DNA of 50,624 nucleotides from Perkinsus olseni (Eukaryota): NCBI GenBank assembly GCA_013115125.1, contig JABANN010000225.1, positions 1 to 50,624 of the forward strand, read 5' to 3'. Shown piece by piece: positions 11,675 to 25,995 of this stretch (position 1 is its first letter; each line of letters starts with the position of its first letter). The notes under the pieces were generated by a model. It saw only the letters and a program-made list of their open reading frames with translations, ran no database searches and was not told where the DNA came from. The position numbers and the translations under genes were made by a program.

Positions 11675-14600
11675 ATGGCCAATCGACCTCATCCGCACAT
11701 CCACCCCTCGCATGGAGGATACTCTTCCTATATCAATATTGACCCGCTGTATCTTGGTCGCATGGTAGGAAGATACAAATTAGCTCAACTGCGTGACTTA
11801 GTGGTATCTTTTCTCAGCAAATCCAAGGCTTCGACCTGAACCGAGATGACAATCAGCTCCGGTACACTCCCATCACGGTCTCTCAGGAGGAGCTTGTCTA
11901 CCATAAGAACATTAACTACGCCGTAAGCTGGCCCTAGCGTATCTTTTTTGACTGTCTTTGCCTAGGAGCGAGGTCTCAAGTTCCCAAGATTCCTGGACCA
12001 AATGTTCGACTCTGACTTCTACACGGAGTACTTCGAAGGGATGCCTCCGCCGGCGCCCTTCAAGTTGAAGTTCATCGAAGACCCCAACGCCAAAATAAGA
12101 GTTTTTATCGGTAAGTCGTCGGCTCCCCCCACCCTCTTCTCACCGTTCCCTAGCAGGCATCACCATGTACCAAGAACCCTGCGGTGGACTTGATGACGTC
12201 CGTCGACCCGGTCTGACTTTCATCCAGCAGAATCCCGACAACGACCGCCCCGAAGCTTTCAAGGAGCAAGCCATGGAGTCTGGTGGTGTCCCCGGCACTC
12301 TCGTCGGTGTCTTGGAGAACGTCCGCAAGTTCGTCGCTGAGACGCCGTACAAGTGGGAGGAGATCTGCGTCTGTCTTCTCGCCGATGGTCGAACCAGAAT
12401 TAACGGCGCCTACAACAACCTGCAAGCCTTGCAGCGGATGGGCATGTATCTTGACCTCGAGGAGATGTATCGCGAAGAAGGTCTGATGGACATCTCCGGG
12501 AGGATCCAGCCCATCGACCGATACAACTTTGACAGAATCCCCGACAAGAGCGCCTCCCGGGACCATCCCCGCTTCACGGTCGACAACGGCCAGCCGGTTT
12601 ATGTGCACCTCTTCGAGAACGTCATCCACTACGAGAATTACCCGCCGCTGCAGATGATGTTTGCCTTGAAGGAGTTCAACGCTGGCAAGCTGGATACGCA
12701 CCTTTGGTTCTTCGAGGGATTCGCCCATCACTTCTATCGAACGATGAATGAAAGAGCGGAGGAGACGGTCCATGAAGAGTTATATTGTGTGTGTCTTGAT
12801 GCTGGTAAGTATCTAAGGTCGAACCATGTAAGATACAAGATGGGTTAGAATATTTCCTCGGTGCAGGTACTCGACCCTACTCAAACGCAATAGTGAAGTT
12901 GATTGACGCCATGGATGCCAGCGACAAGGTGGCCGGTTGCTGCGGTGAAATCACAGTCGACCGCAATTTGCACCCCATCAATATCTTCTACAACTGGTGA
13001 GCCTCTTCTCCTCCTCCAACCCTCGGGCCCCCATGGCTTTCCTCAGGTACGTGGCCTCGCAGAACTTCGAGTACAAAGTTGGCAACTGCTTCGACAAGGC
13101 CTGTGAATCTTCATTTGGTTTCATCAGTGTAAGTCATGGCCAACTTGGCTATTTTACAGTTTTTCTATCAGGTCTTACCCGGTGCATTCTCAGCCTATCG
13201 GTGGTCGGCTCTCTCACCACCCGAGCTTGGACCAACCTCTGCCAAGCGACCCATCGTACCCTACTTCAAGAGCGTTACCCATGGCGGCGTGGTCAACCCC
13301 TTCCTTGGAAATATGTGAGTTTCGCATTCCGTCACTGCGCCGCGAAATTGCCTCCACTGAAGGTACTTGGCAGAAGACCGTATCTTAGCTCTGGAGCTTG
13401 TCTGCAGTCGAACGGCTGCCAACGTCCTGAGATACGTCAAAGGCTCGGTGGCCGTGACGGATGTAAGCGATCCGCTGCAGAGAAGCTAACTCACTCTTCC
13501 TAAATCAGGTTCCGGACACCTGCGCTGCTCTCATCAAGCAGCGTCGGCGATGGCTGAACGGCTCCTTCTTCGCCCAACTTTTCTCCCTCTGGCAGGGGCT
13601 ATTCCAATTCAGGATCTTCACCACCCGTCACAACGTCATTCGCAAACTTGCTCTGATGATCGAACTAATGTAAAGTCATTCTGTCGATCTCATTCGCCAT
13701 TCATTCTCCTCTCAGTTACTATATTTTCAACACCATTATGACGTGGTTCCTGGTGGGAGTCTTCTACCTCACATTCCTCATCCTATGGGATGACTTCCTC
13801 GTTAACGATGGTGACCATCTCTTCGAGGGCGCCGACATCGTCTTTGTCGTCATAAAGTTTATGTAAGTCTCATAACGAGAGGATGCAAAATAAGTCCGCT
13901 ATGCCATGTGGCAGAGCTGGGATTCGAGGCAAGGCTCAGTTGTCGCTGCGCTTGGCCGCCGTTCTAGTCCCGCGAGGCATAGCGGCTTCATCTCTGCATA
14001 TCCCTGACTGTATGTTCCTGTCAGATACCTCCTCCTCATGTTCTGTATTTTCCTCCTCGCCATGGGTACGGCCCCTGACGCTCCTCGACGGTCCCTCCGG
14101 GTCTTGTAAGTCCCCTTCCAGCCGCCTCTTCCCCCCCCCCCACTCCCCCCTCAGGTACGTTCTAATCTCACTTGTTTTTGGTGTTTTCATGATGGGCACG
14201 TTTGCTCTTGCCGTCTATAACGTCATCGAGTCGGACGATATCGTCCTTGCGGCAGTCGGCATCGCGGCTGTTGCCAGCTACGTCATTGTTGCTTTTCTCC
14301 ACTGTGAAGTAAGTCCGTCTTCCCCATTCCTCATAGTCACCGTTACCTCCCTCAGGGACATCATATACTCCTCACGTACTTCCAATACACGTTCATGGCG
14401 CCAACTTACATCAACGTATTCCAAGTCTTCGCCTTTTGTAACACACACGACCTCTCCTGGGGTGAGCGGCAGTCACCATCGCGACCATCTCGAAGGTTCT
14501 CTCCCTGTAGGTACCAAAGGCCTCGACAACAACGACGTCTCGCAAAAAGACGTTCAAGCCCAGCGCAATGAGTTCAGAACCTATCTGGTTCTCTTCTGGG

Positions 14601-15081
14601 CCCTCTGCAATCTGGGGTTGATCTTCGTAAGCTCGTCTTCTCATCTTTCTTTTAATTTGTGTTGTTCAGGCTGTCGCCGGTACGACCCTCGATGGAGGAG
14701 CGCAGACTGTGTCGGCTGATACCTTCCTTCTTGTCGTCCTCGGTATTGTTGTTGCCTTTAACGGTTTCAAAACCATCGGCTCTGTCTGGTAGGACGGTCC
14801 TTTCTGATAGCTTTTCTCGATACCGTCTACGCAGGTTCCTATTCGGCCATTACGTCCGTAAGTGCTTCCGCTGCATCTGCGGTGGTCGAGGGAAATCACG
14901 AGCAGTGAAGAAGACGAAGAAGAAGCAGCCATTGACGCCTCCAACTGTAGGTCCACGGATCCAAGCTCGACCATCGACCTCGCCGTTTTCAGGATCCGCG
15001 ACCCACCGTGGTGAGCTCATCGCCTCCTCGGCAGTTGTCTGTGTGACACCTTTTTGTATGATCGGATATTCTATAAATTGA
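11675..15081 (+). CDS. CHS: Chitin synthase (GT2); multi-exon, 3' end approximate
   Basis: Spliced motifs ITMYQE, ADGR, KEFNAGKLDTHLWFF, LDAGT, GCCGEI, QNFEYK, VLPGAFSAYR, YLAEDRIL, TDVP and KQRRRWLNGS, followed by TM helices. Confidence 0.93.
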
Positions 15082-15389
15082 GTCTATTACGTTATTTGAT
15101 TATCATCTTAGATCTTCCCGACAGGTCATCTCGGGTAACGAGAGATGTTTCTAGCTCATGTAATTTATTATACTGTTGAGTTGTCAGTGTGAACTGGATG
15201 TCATCCCTTCGAAATCCGCGGACTCCGATCAAGATACTTCCACCCCTCAGTCCCGAAGTCGACAAAATGACCGCCGAAAGCAATCCACTCGTCGAAGTGT
15301 TGAAAAGTGAAAGCATCGCTACATGTTGATGCCATTGGCAGGGATGAATCTCATGGTGGACTCACGGCAGAGTTTTTCTTTGTAAATGT

Positions 15390-16851
15390 TTATTCCCTCC
15401 TTGACTGGATGACGCTCTGCCCCTCCTCGAAATCCCTCCACACAAAATGGCGGGGGTAGACCCAGGTATAACACCAACCATCGTGTACCACCTGGCCGCG
15501 AGAGTGCAATACTCTTTTCTTATCGTTCGGTACATGATGATGCAACCTTTCTGCCCCCTTCGCGTGGCCTCTTCTGCATTTCTGAAGAGACGGGGTTTCG
15601 ACATTCATCGAGTGTAAAGGTCAGGCAGAAGCTGTTGCGCGAAGTTCGTCCTCGAACCCTTCGATGGTCTTGTTGTTAACAATTGCTCACTTGCCGGTGC
15701 CGTGCAAAGATCTCGCTGCGAACAGGGCCATTTCCCCGATGCAACGGTTGAATGCTTCATGCAATCTCTTCGACGAAATCATGGAGACCACGTCTTATTC
15801 TAGCTTCGAGTATGCATCCGTCGGCGATACAACGATCGAATGATAGTCGAAGATATCCTGAGTAGTCTCTGGCGGACCCAGGTGTAGCTAGAGGTGTCAG
15901 AAAGATGCAGTGATGAGTATCCGCAGCGAATCTCTACTAACACGACACTCCTCATCACCGTCAACAGCATCATCATCATACGCATGCACCATCCGATGAT
16001 ACCCAATGGAGGTTGGTGATGATGTCATCGCTAATATCTGATGGTGTGTGACTTTGAGTGTACTTTCCGAAGATTCTCCCTCCATCCGGCAGCGTCCAAA
16101 CACCTTCACCGATCGGCTGACTGAACCTACGCGTTCCCACTTGATACCTTCGAGTGACGCTGCCGCTGCCGTCGGATGCTCAACTCACTTAAGATCGAAC
16201 TTCCCTTCGAAGACTGGGCTGTTGTGGTCGGGTGATAGCCTCCACGTCCCCTCGACTATCCTATCATCCTTCCAGCTCCCCGTGATCGACGCCTGTTTCC
16301 CCACTTTACCGCGTACTCGATGCATGCAAGCCCACCTGCCCCCTACGGTAGACGTAGGTGCCGGTGCCATGCCGAAGGCCATCCTTCCACTCTCCAGTGT
16401 AGACATCACCCGACTCGCCGTACATCATCGTACCCTTACCGTTATACAGGCCTCGAGCGAAAGACCTGCCAGACACCTGGGCTCATCAGCCCTCCATCAG
16501 CTTACCCATGGTAGTAGCTGCCGCCCTCAACCATCGTGTATTTGCCCATGCCGTGCTTCTTGCCTTCTTCATAGCTGCAGCCATCATTCGAGTACCGCCC
16601 TGCTGGTCTCCTCACCTTCCCTCGTAAGTATTGCCACTCTTGTGCGTGTAAACACCATCGCCCGACTTCATACCATCCTTGAAGTGGCCCTCATAGACAT
16701 CACCATTGGGGTAGGTGGCAGTACCCTAAAGTTGCTGATTCGCAGGAGGCAGGGGATGCACACAGACCTTCCCAGTGTAGCCGAAGGCCGACGGCCTCGT
16801 CTCCCCTTCCTCGGTGACCAGACTGTATAAAACTGCCTCCTCCTCAGCCAT
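15390..16851 (-). CDS. MORN-repeat protein; multi-exon
   Basis: ATG at 16851; repeats such as ATYPNGDVYEGHFKDGMKSGDGVYTHKSGNTYEG and ITGSWKDDRIVEG. 3' end approximate. Confidence 0.75.
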
Positions 16852-17186
16852 GACGGGATTAGATACTGAAGTTATGAACTCGACCTCTCCCACCACTGCC
16901 ACGCTCGATCGGAAGATACTATGTTAATTCACGTCCTGTGTCCCTGCCAAATTCTATTAACAACACGAGTCAACCAAAGATACCTACTGCCGCTACAACA
17001 TAGCTCGGCATATTATCATCAATATATATAAAGACCTTCGTCATCTGTTGTTGATACTCAAGATGATATAACTTTCATTCGCCGATCTTTAAGGAGATTC
17101 TATTACTATGAGGTTGTGAAGACGACTATAAAGGGATGAACAGAGGACGGTGGCAGCGGCGACAAGCCTCATGTCCATCATCAACA

Positions 17187-20100
17187 TCAGCCACCATCAA
17201 CTCCGCTGTTTTCTGCTTCTAAATAACTATTAACTTCATACGACATCGATACATCAGCAGCAGCAAAGGGTATCATCATCGGATGACACCCGAGGCCCTT
17301 CTTAGTGGGCGTAGTAGGATGGCCTTTGATGGAGCATCCTAGTGGCCGCGATATACTGCTGGATAAGGAAGAAGGCATGGGTGTTCTGGAGTGGAGTGCC
17401 GGTCAGCCAAGCAAGGACGCCACCACGAGTGGACGACGATGATGGCGAGGATGTGGATGAGCCAGGCAGGTCGAAGGCGCCTCTTCCATTAGGGGAATCA
17501 TTGGGATGGAGAGATATGCTGAGGGAAAGGGGGTGATCGTTCGATAAGAGAAGAGAGCCTTCTTACTCGGGAACGAAGCCGCCCACTGTGATGCGGCATC
17601 CGGTTTGTTGAAGAATCCCACCGGCTTCGGCGAGGAGTAGCTGAGCTTGGGGTAGAGAAGGAAGGACGATCTGAGGTAGGTGGCGATGACTAAAGCTCTA
17701 CCGATCACGATATTCTGAGCGTTCTTTGAAGGGATTGAACCCGGACCATTCGATTGGCCGGCTAGAGTTCTCACCGTCATCGTGACATAGGTGTTGATGA
17801 GCTGTGGCATCGACTGGGCCTCGCGGACACTCCTTTCGAAAGCACCTACCCCCACACTCAACCGTTTGTTCAATAACAATACCACACTCACTGAGCCTCT
17901 CAGTAATGCCGTTGGAATTGTTACCACCACGATGAACGCTGGTGGAAGGGGGGCGGGGGGAGGCGACGGATGGGCTGCCGGAAGAAGAATCACCTAAAGA
18001 ATTATGAGATGGATGACGATGAACTATTCGGGCAGCAAGCCTTACGGTCGTCATCCGGAATGCCGGCGATGTCAAGGGCCTTGCGATCCATGATTTGCAC
18101 CACCCTTAAGATAGCGTCTGAGGAACACAGATGAGATGAGAGGAGGTCAACACAGGGAAAAGATACAGTTGGGGGGCACGAGCTTGAATTCTATCATGCC
18201 AACAACTATTTGTTGTCAACGAGTCATACACCTCACCAGCGTTGTACGCTCTTCGCACCGAAGACCTAATTATTGGCGAGTAGGGAAGTTGGGTCCCCTA
18301 GGGGCTTCTCGAAGGAGGGTGATCATACTACCCGGTACCCCCATCAGATTTCGGATGATTGCTGACGGGTCGACTTACCAGCCTTCTGCTTGGACGTGCC
18401 CGAAATTTCGATGAGCCGGTGGGAGCTCAGAGTCCGGCGAATAACCGACTCCGTCAGAGTATCTCCAGTGGATAGAGGGGAGTCCGAGGGTCTAACTCTG
18501 AGAATCGGTGAGCTCCAACCCTTCGTAGGTTCGAATCCCAGCGGCGGTACTTCTGTATAGCGGCTCCTGTGGCCCTAGTAAGTCTGCGCATCCTCTCTCC
18601 ACCACGGCCCATCACCGCCCCGAAGAGCTCCGGTGGAATCAACACCTTCATTTTAGAGCCAGAATGACGGAGGAAGAAGTTGGCCTCCACCGACGAAGCA
18701 TTCGGACCGATCACGGCCGGTGTCGGGTATCTAACATTACATACCACGGCGGGCCGTCAAAGGAGTTTGCCATGCCTTGCTATGCGTCCTTGGCAGCCCA
18801 AACGTCGAAGGTGGTGGGCAATAGAAATGAAGATACCACCACGAGAAAGCCATCAAGGAGGCCGCGGACAGGTTAAGAAATTCTAAAATGGATGGCCCAC
18901 CTTTCGAGATCGCCGAGGAGGTCCAGCAGGGCGTGAGCCTTCCTTAGAGAGGCCGAACGGGAGTAAGGTGAAGATAGTCCAACCGACACCACCTGAAGAG
19001 AAAACTGCCTTATCGCGCGCCCGGATGATCGATAAGTAGTACTACCCTCCATTCCGGAGTGACCGTATCAACGTTGATGGATACGGCGGGAGAGTACTTG
19101 TCGCGGAGGCGGTTAATTTTTCGACCTGAGAGGGGCCTTCCGATCGGAGACGGCGGACAGGAACTTGACCTACCCGACTTGCCGAGGAGCCAGGCGGCCT
19201 CTTGAGGTGAGACCAGGAATCTACTCGGCTCGATAACAGCGAGAGAGGGCAGACCAATGTCGCGACTTGAAGAGGGAGCTGATTGATCAACAGGGCAGAC
19301 CGTCCGACTTCACTGCGAAGCTCCCGGGTTCAATCCAACGGACGACTTACAATTAGTGGCCGACTCGGTATCTTCCAGTCTTCCTGGGTTGGTGAGAGGG
19401 TCCCATCCACCAGGGAACGAAACCCCAGCTCTTCCTCGATCTTGCAAATCTTGCAATTTCTCAACGACAGCAATCACTGCCCTACCCAGGTTCGGCCAGC
19501 ATCCAGTGATGCGGCACCTACATCGTCAACACCGTCACTCAAGTCGGTACCCCCCACTTGCTGACCTTCTAAAGTTGGGAGTGCCAACAACAGGCTCTGT
19601 GACGAATTGAATTATGCAGCCTGTATCGGCTTGGAGACTTCTCACGGTCTGCCCTTCATGGCCGATCATGCCCGGCAGCGTACTACCTGGACTCAGCTGT
19701 GGGAGACGCTAATGGGCGCTGATGGAGCTTACCCGGAATGAGCAGGCAAATGCAGCAGGTATCGGACGAGACCTGAGGAATGGGAAGTTAACGAGGGTCT
19801 CCGGGGCGGAGGATGTGGAAAACTTCACCTTAGAGTCAGCTCGGAAGATCTCCCTCTCCACGCGTTGAGGATCGAAGTCCTCTTCTGGAAGGCACAGGCG
19901 ACGGCATATCCCCGCCAACATCCTAGTAAGATACGAAATAGGTCAACCTCAGGTCTATCTTAGCTCACATCTCGACGTTCCTGCTTTTCATGTCATCTCG
20001 AATTGCATTATTATCATCAGCCAGATTCGGCCTAACCGCGACGATTCGTTCTCTTTGGGAGTGAAGGGCCGCGGGCGTCTCGCTCTCGTGGACCACCAGG

Positions 20101-20366
20101 CTCGCTCCGGGCCAAGCCTCTCTGATCTGAAAGGGCTCATCAATAAGCGAAGAGATGGTACTCTCCCGACTGCTCACCTGATTGATAATCCTTCCTTGTT
20201 TCCCAATCAACCTGCCCACATTATCAACCGAAAGAAGGAATAGGACCGGTATGCGGCCACTGGAAGGGCGATTAGAGTTGGAGGCAGCAGCAGCAGCAGC
20301 AGCCCCTACTGGAGCCGAGGAGGTTGGTGAAGATTCTGAAATCAACGAGGTATTCCACACGACCAT
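17187..20366 (-). CDS. Multi-KH-domain RNA-binding protein; multi-exon
   Basis: GxxG loops VGRLIGKQGRII, PGMIGHEGQTV, AWLLGKSG and FGAVMGRGGERMRRL. Ends approximate. Confidence 0.8.
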
Positions 20367-20854
20367 CCTCCTATTCGATGGAGTACTTCCTACGAATAGG
20401 AGGGTGGAGTACTTCACAGTACCGGAACTCAGAGCCGCTCCGGGAAAAATGCGAAATGTGGCTGTAGATTAGACTGTGAATTCCAGAATTAGTTCAAAGA
20501 GTGCCCTCATCCATGCCTTCCGCGGTGCTGACAATTTCAGGGCGCGCGAGAATTCAAAAGCGCGACCGCTCACCCGGAGAGCAGGGGGCCTATTGAAAAG
20601 AGAGAGGCAGACGAAATGGCTCACCGTCCGCGGGAGTAGGTTGGCAACCTTCCAGGGTATTCTGTTGTTGTTTTTCATTCTTCTCAGGGACGGTAGTAGC
20701 GGCAAGGCAGGGGAGGGAATTCGATAGGTCTGGTCGAATGGTCGACATACGAGGAGAGGATCGAGGATCGATCGATAAACGATAGATTATCTCTCCAAGG
20801 GAAGTGAGGAATCTTAGGCCGATGCTTGCTAAACACAAAGCCAAATGCTCAACA

Positions 20855-22691
20855 TCAACAGCAACACCAGCGCATGAGGTCAAGGCCGTCCAGAACCTGC
20901 CGTCTGCCAATTTTCTGTTTTTCTATCAGAATCTTCCTCAGGCCTCTCGCTGTCTCTCCTGGTGGTCCCCCAACCTGACTCTCTAGCAATCGTTGAGATT
21001 TCAATACACCCTCCTCGGAAAGCAGCATCTCGTACTGCCGCACACTCGCGCTCGCCTGAAAGAGGCCAATTTCGTGGCGCGCGAAAATGTCTCACGCACA
21101 GCCATCGGCTGGACGACCAAATTTCGATCCATCAGTCTCATATTCTGCTGGGCCTGAGATCTGACTCTGCGCATGCGTGCAGCCTCCGGGACCCTCCCGA
21201 TCGACATTGGGTTCAAGAAACCAGCGCTACCATCCCGCCGAAAGGAGATTCTAAGAAAGCCTCCGCCCTGACAACAAGTGTGTCACTTGCACTCTTGCAT
21301 TTCCTCAAACCAGTCCTACCCTTCGTGGTGGTAGTGATCTGCTAGGTAGCACTCTCCGAGCTGACGGAGACGGAATAATTTCAGAGGAGGAGGCGGAGCG
21401 ATGCAGCCCTCCAGCCGCCACTGCCGTTGGAAGTGGTCTATAAGGTGATCTAAACCAAAAGTTGAAAGAGCCGCCGCGGATATCGAGGAAATGCTCAATA
21501 CCCGACCCTCAACCATCCGAATGATGCTGAACCTTCCTAGGCCGAGTGATGTTGATAATAGATGAAGCCATTCCGTGGGCTCGAGAGAGGCGGACCACAG
21601 GGACTCGATGAAAGGCTCATTTTAGCGCCGACCTACCTTTTTTGTCGAGCGCTCCGGCCGAGCAGCGCCTCTAGCATGTCATCCCTGAAGCAGAATACAA
21701 CTGCCAGGGATCGAACCTATGCGGATTAGTCCCCGATGATATTCCATACCGTCCCTTCGCCACCTCCACCGGAGTAATCCCGTTAGGATCAGCCGCTAAG
21801 ACGGAGGCTCTGCAGTGGACCAGAAGGGAGACCTGTCCACTGATGGAGGCCATGGGCTTGACTCGGCCTTCACTACTAGCTCGCGATTTCCTGTTCTCAC
21901 CGCTGCCACCAAACAAGTGTGGCCGCGCGTAGTGCTGCAAGACTCAATGAACGCTCTACCGGGCAGGCTCGATACGGCAGGAGCTCCTGAAAATCTTCTG
22001 GTCGAGCATGCAAGATATGAAATAGGTCAAGGCGTGAGCGCAGTCTTACTCTGCAATGCCATAGCGAGTAGTGTTGCCACGTTATCCGTGATTCCCAATG
22101 CGCAGGCCAGGAAGAGGGGCGTGTAGCCTCCTCTCGACGTCCGACATAACAGATCAGCATCATACTGGACCAGCAGCTAGCCCAAAGGGAAGGGGTCCTC
22201 CACGCAAGACGGTCAGTGTGGGCTTACCTTGATACACTCGGAGGCTCCTTGACACATGGCAGCATGATGCAGCGGAGCGAAGCCGCTTCTCTTGTCGCCG
22301 CTTACTCCATCAGCTCCGGCGTCCAACAGTAGCGATAGAATCCGAGGGTTGTTGTTCCACAATGACAGAAGCAGCGGCGAGGCTCTCAGTGAGTTCAACT
22401 TGATAAGAGGCCGTCCTTCAGTTACCAACGACCTGCCAAGGGGCAAATCAAATACGACACGGGACTCGAGCCATGGGCCTTCGGATTACCGGACTAGCTC
22501 CTCGTCCTCTCGACCAACAGCGCTATAGAAGTCCAGCAAGGCATCGTTTCCGGGGTCCTCCTGGTCCGGGTCCACGGAAGGGTTCAATCGTAACTGCGAG
22601 TGCCATTGCGTCTGCACTCCGACGACCATCCGCTTACCTCCTCGACCACAGGGTTCAGTTCTTCTCGGACAAACGACGACTGCCGAACCAT
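20855..22691 (-). CDS. Ankyrin-repeat protein; multi-exon
   Basis: SPLLLSLWNNNPRILSLLLDAGAD, GFAPLHHAA, GITPVEVA. 3' end approximate. Confidence 0.72.
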
Positions 22692-22787
22692 GACGACACA
22701 CAGAAGAAACGAAGAAAACTTCGCTCCGCTAGATTCGCTCCAAACACAAGACTCTATCAGTCACGATGACGACCTCACTCATGCGCA

Positions 22788-25700
22788 TCATGAGTCTGAA
22801 GATACTTCGCAGAGAAACCGCACAGCCTGGCCGTCGTCATCAACAACCTGACTGTCCCATAACCGCATTGGGCCGACTCTAGCGGTCACCTCATGAAAGT
22901 GTTGGCCGTCTATTGCAAAGGACACCTCCATCGCAACCACCGCTCCCAACTCCGCGGCCAGCTGCGACGCCGTGACCTCAGGAGTGGTGAACCGAAGCAC
23001 GGGGATATCTTCCTCTCCGTGGAAGGAGATTCCCGCGACGACCTGCGAGGTCAAAATGATACGCTTCGCACTCAAGAGAGTCTCCACTTCCAGATCCACC
23101 GGATGCTTCAATTCGGCAGCCTCTGCCTCGTCTTCTCGACCAGAAATGTATCTACACGTACAGCGGAGGTTCTAAGGTCCGAAGTTCGCACAGCGAAGGA
23201 TATCTCACCTGAGCCTGATCTTCGCGTCGGCATATACTAGATCCACTGGCAAATCGCCTTCCGCCAGCCGAACGCACATCTGTGTCCCAGCCGGTATCGC
23301 AGCGGTAACGTCAATCCTGTTGTCCTCTGAGAAAGGCGGAGCGAAGCGATTTCTGTTCTCATTAATTTAGCCTCCTCACCCTCCGTCCACTCCTCAGGCA
23401 TCTTATACAACCCCGGGGCTGCCGTGAAGGTGGGCGAATCTGAAAGATGGCTAGCGGAGCGAAGCGTGAAAACTGCTGACCTCCCTCGTCTCCCTGCGGC
23501 AAGAGGTAACTGAAAGTCACTGCGCCACAAAATTCATTGCCCATGCCTCACGTAAACGAAAATCCGTCCTCCGAGTACTCAGCACCGTCATTCAGAGATA
23601 CTTCGATCGGAATCTTCAGGTATCTCTGGCAACATACAGGTCAACTCATGACTTGCACGCATGCGCAAGATACGCTCACCTCGGCGACAGCCACAGTCTT
23701 TTCCGGAAGTAAATCTTCCAAGCTGGGCATCGTGAAGAAGATGCGGATGGTGCCGTCCGCCCTAGCCTGGCTATAACCATGACCAGCGAGAGTTTCGAAA
23801 AAGTTGGTATGCACGCATGTACATCGAGAAACTATTCAATTTTCGGGCGGAGCGAAGCTCTCACCTCCGCGACCGCCTCCAACATTTCCCTCATCAGAGG
23901 TCTCCGTCTCCGACCCGCTGCATCGCTCTCACCAGGCAGGATAGCCTGATGTAATTTCGCGGCGCGCGACAAATTGTGTCGCGGAGCTTTACTCCAATCC
24001 TCGGCTTCTTCGTCACCACCGGCATCCGGCCGCCCAAGACAATCTCCATTCTCGTCGAGAGGGCCGCTTCGCCCACAGCCGGCACGATGCGATCAATCGC
24101 GAACGAAAATACCTAAACGGAACGACAGAAAAAACTTCACTCCGGTAAGGGAGGATTCACCTTGAAGGGAAGGGGCGGACCCAGCAAGGTCTGGCCTTCA
24201 TCGAGGCTGACTTGGACGGAAACACCAGCTGACGAGCCGATGATATCGGGGTCGAAGGAGGGGCAGATGCAAGATACTCCCTGAAAGATACGGCGGAGCG
24301 AAGCTCACCGGGTCCTCTGGGTTACATTAATAGACCTCCAACCAGGTACCTTGATTTTCACCTTCTCCCTCGGTTTGGCATCCACAAGCATTTCGCGGTG
24401 AGCGTACCTGCAAAATGCTCGCTATAGCGGACACAAGAGAGGGCCACGGTTCGAAACCCAGGTGGGGCGATTCTCTCCCTATTGGGCGAGTCAGAGGAGA
24501 CTTCCAAGGGTGCGCAGCACGACCCCAAGGATTCCGTCCCATGCGACTCTTAAGCAAATACTGAGGAATCAGGTTGTGCCACACATGCCGAAGACCATGA
24601 GAAGTCAGTCAAGTCGAGCCCTCAGAGGCTATGAATCAAAGGGGGCTCCGCTACACTCACACGTCGTCGAAGTCCTCCGAGTCAACAGCCTTCGACCGGC
24701 ACTCAATGGTGAAGAGCACCAATAGCGAATCATCCTGAACAGAAAACCCCGGTGAGAGTGAGGGGGGGCACCGAGAGGAGACGGGCGGCAGATTGGATGG
24801 GGATGACGTCACTGAAGGGACTCGTCTCGGGTGTGACATTCCATTAGAGGATGTTCTAGATGTCAAGTGCCGAGACGAGAGATGTTGTCACATCCTGTCA
24901 CGCCCACCGGGAGGTTATCAGGAAGGGCAGGCGGGCCGCCAGCGGGCTCGCCTTCGACCGTCAGGCCAGGGGCTCCGGGCAAGAACACCGTCAATGGGGC
25001 ACCACCAGTCATAGAAGCACAGTTGGGCACCACCTAGGAGGAATCTTCAGGTCGAGCGCGCAGGATCCGGAATAGGTCAGGAAGGAACAAATCAGGACTT
25101 ACCACAAGCTGCCTTCCCGGGAACTTCATGACGGCTATTTTTGGCTGAGTCTCGTCTAAGGCCGTCCAGGAGAGCCCGTCGTCCAACGATAACTGAGCAG
25201 AAATTCCCACGGAAAAAAATAAAAAAAACGCCCTCTCCCTCGGATCGAACCCACCTGGACGCCCAGAAAGGTGGGAGCGGTTGCCGACTCTACCAGTGGC
25301 GCCAGTGGGGAGAGGGAGAGATTGGGAAAGTCGAAACAGATCCGTCCAGGTGAAAGTTTCTGAAGGAGAGAGTGGACGTGAGAAGCCCCACGGGCCCACC
25401 CCGACATCAATCTGGGCATCAACGATGTGGTCAAGTGCTGGGCTCTGACGGGTCAGACGGACGCGAGCCTGGCCGAGGCAACTGAGGGTCGAAGAAGGAT
25501 ATGATAGGCCTGAGAGCAACTTGAGTTAGTTTGTATCCTGCAAGGTTGGAAGATACGCTCACCCGTAACATGAATAGCCACTCGAGTACCACCGGAGAGG
25601 TTTGCAATTCTCGGAGAGAGCGCTGCTATATGTGTCGAAGCGAAGACGTACACCATCTGATGATTTGCGAAAAAGATGGTATGATGATACCGAGCACAGG

Positions 25701-25925
25701 GCTCACATTATCCGAGGCTAGCATGCTTGATATAGCAGTAATAGGTGCCGATAGAGTATACTCCGACGGAAACGGCGGACACATATCCTGAAATCCGTAA
25801 ATGGCCATGATAAGCTCATCGGACTCTCACCAGTGGCCCGGTGAATTTCGCCGTCGGATTGCCAGCGGCGGTGAAAATATGCGGACCTGCACGCGTGCCC
25901 ATCGCCACTCCAGGCCATTGGACAT
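22788..25925 (-). CDS. IPT/TIG-like domain protein; multi-exon, boundaries approximate
   Basis: IAALSPRIANLSGGTRVAIH (IPT start), SAQLSLDDGLSWT, LRFTTPEV...MEVSFAIDGQHF; regularly spaced minus-strand GT-AG introns. Confidence 0.55.
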
Positions 25926-25995
25926 CGCCACCTACGCTCCTGCCGTCTCACAAACTTCTTCGAAAAAAGTCCATTGTGATCCTTAGTGGCCGCTG

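Noticed and set aside
16048-16830. Long plus-strand ORFs (also 29077-29493, 29860-30324, 30738-31205, 31512-32288) and minus ORF 12150-12773
   Set aside because: Antisense shadows of better-supported genes on the opposite strand.
22272-22283. GCGGAGCGAAGC copy as a regulatory site
   Set aside because: It falls in ankyrin coding sequence (GFAPLHH) and may be coincidental.
23444-23457. Partial spliced-leader-like sequence (CCGCTAGCCATCTT on the minus strand; also ACCGTAGCC at about 2377-2385)
   Set aside because: Short imperfect matches, not positioned upstream of a start codon.
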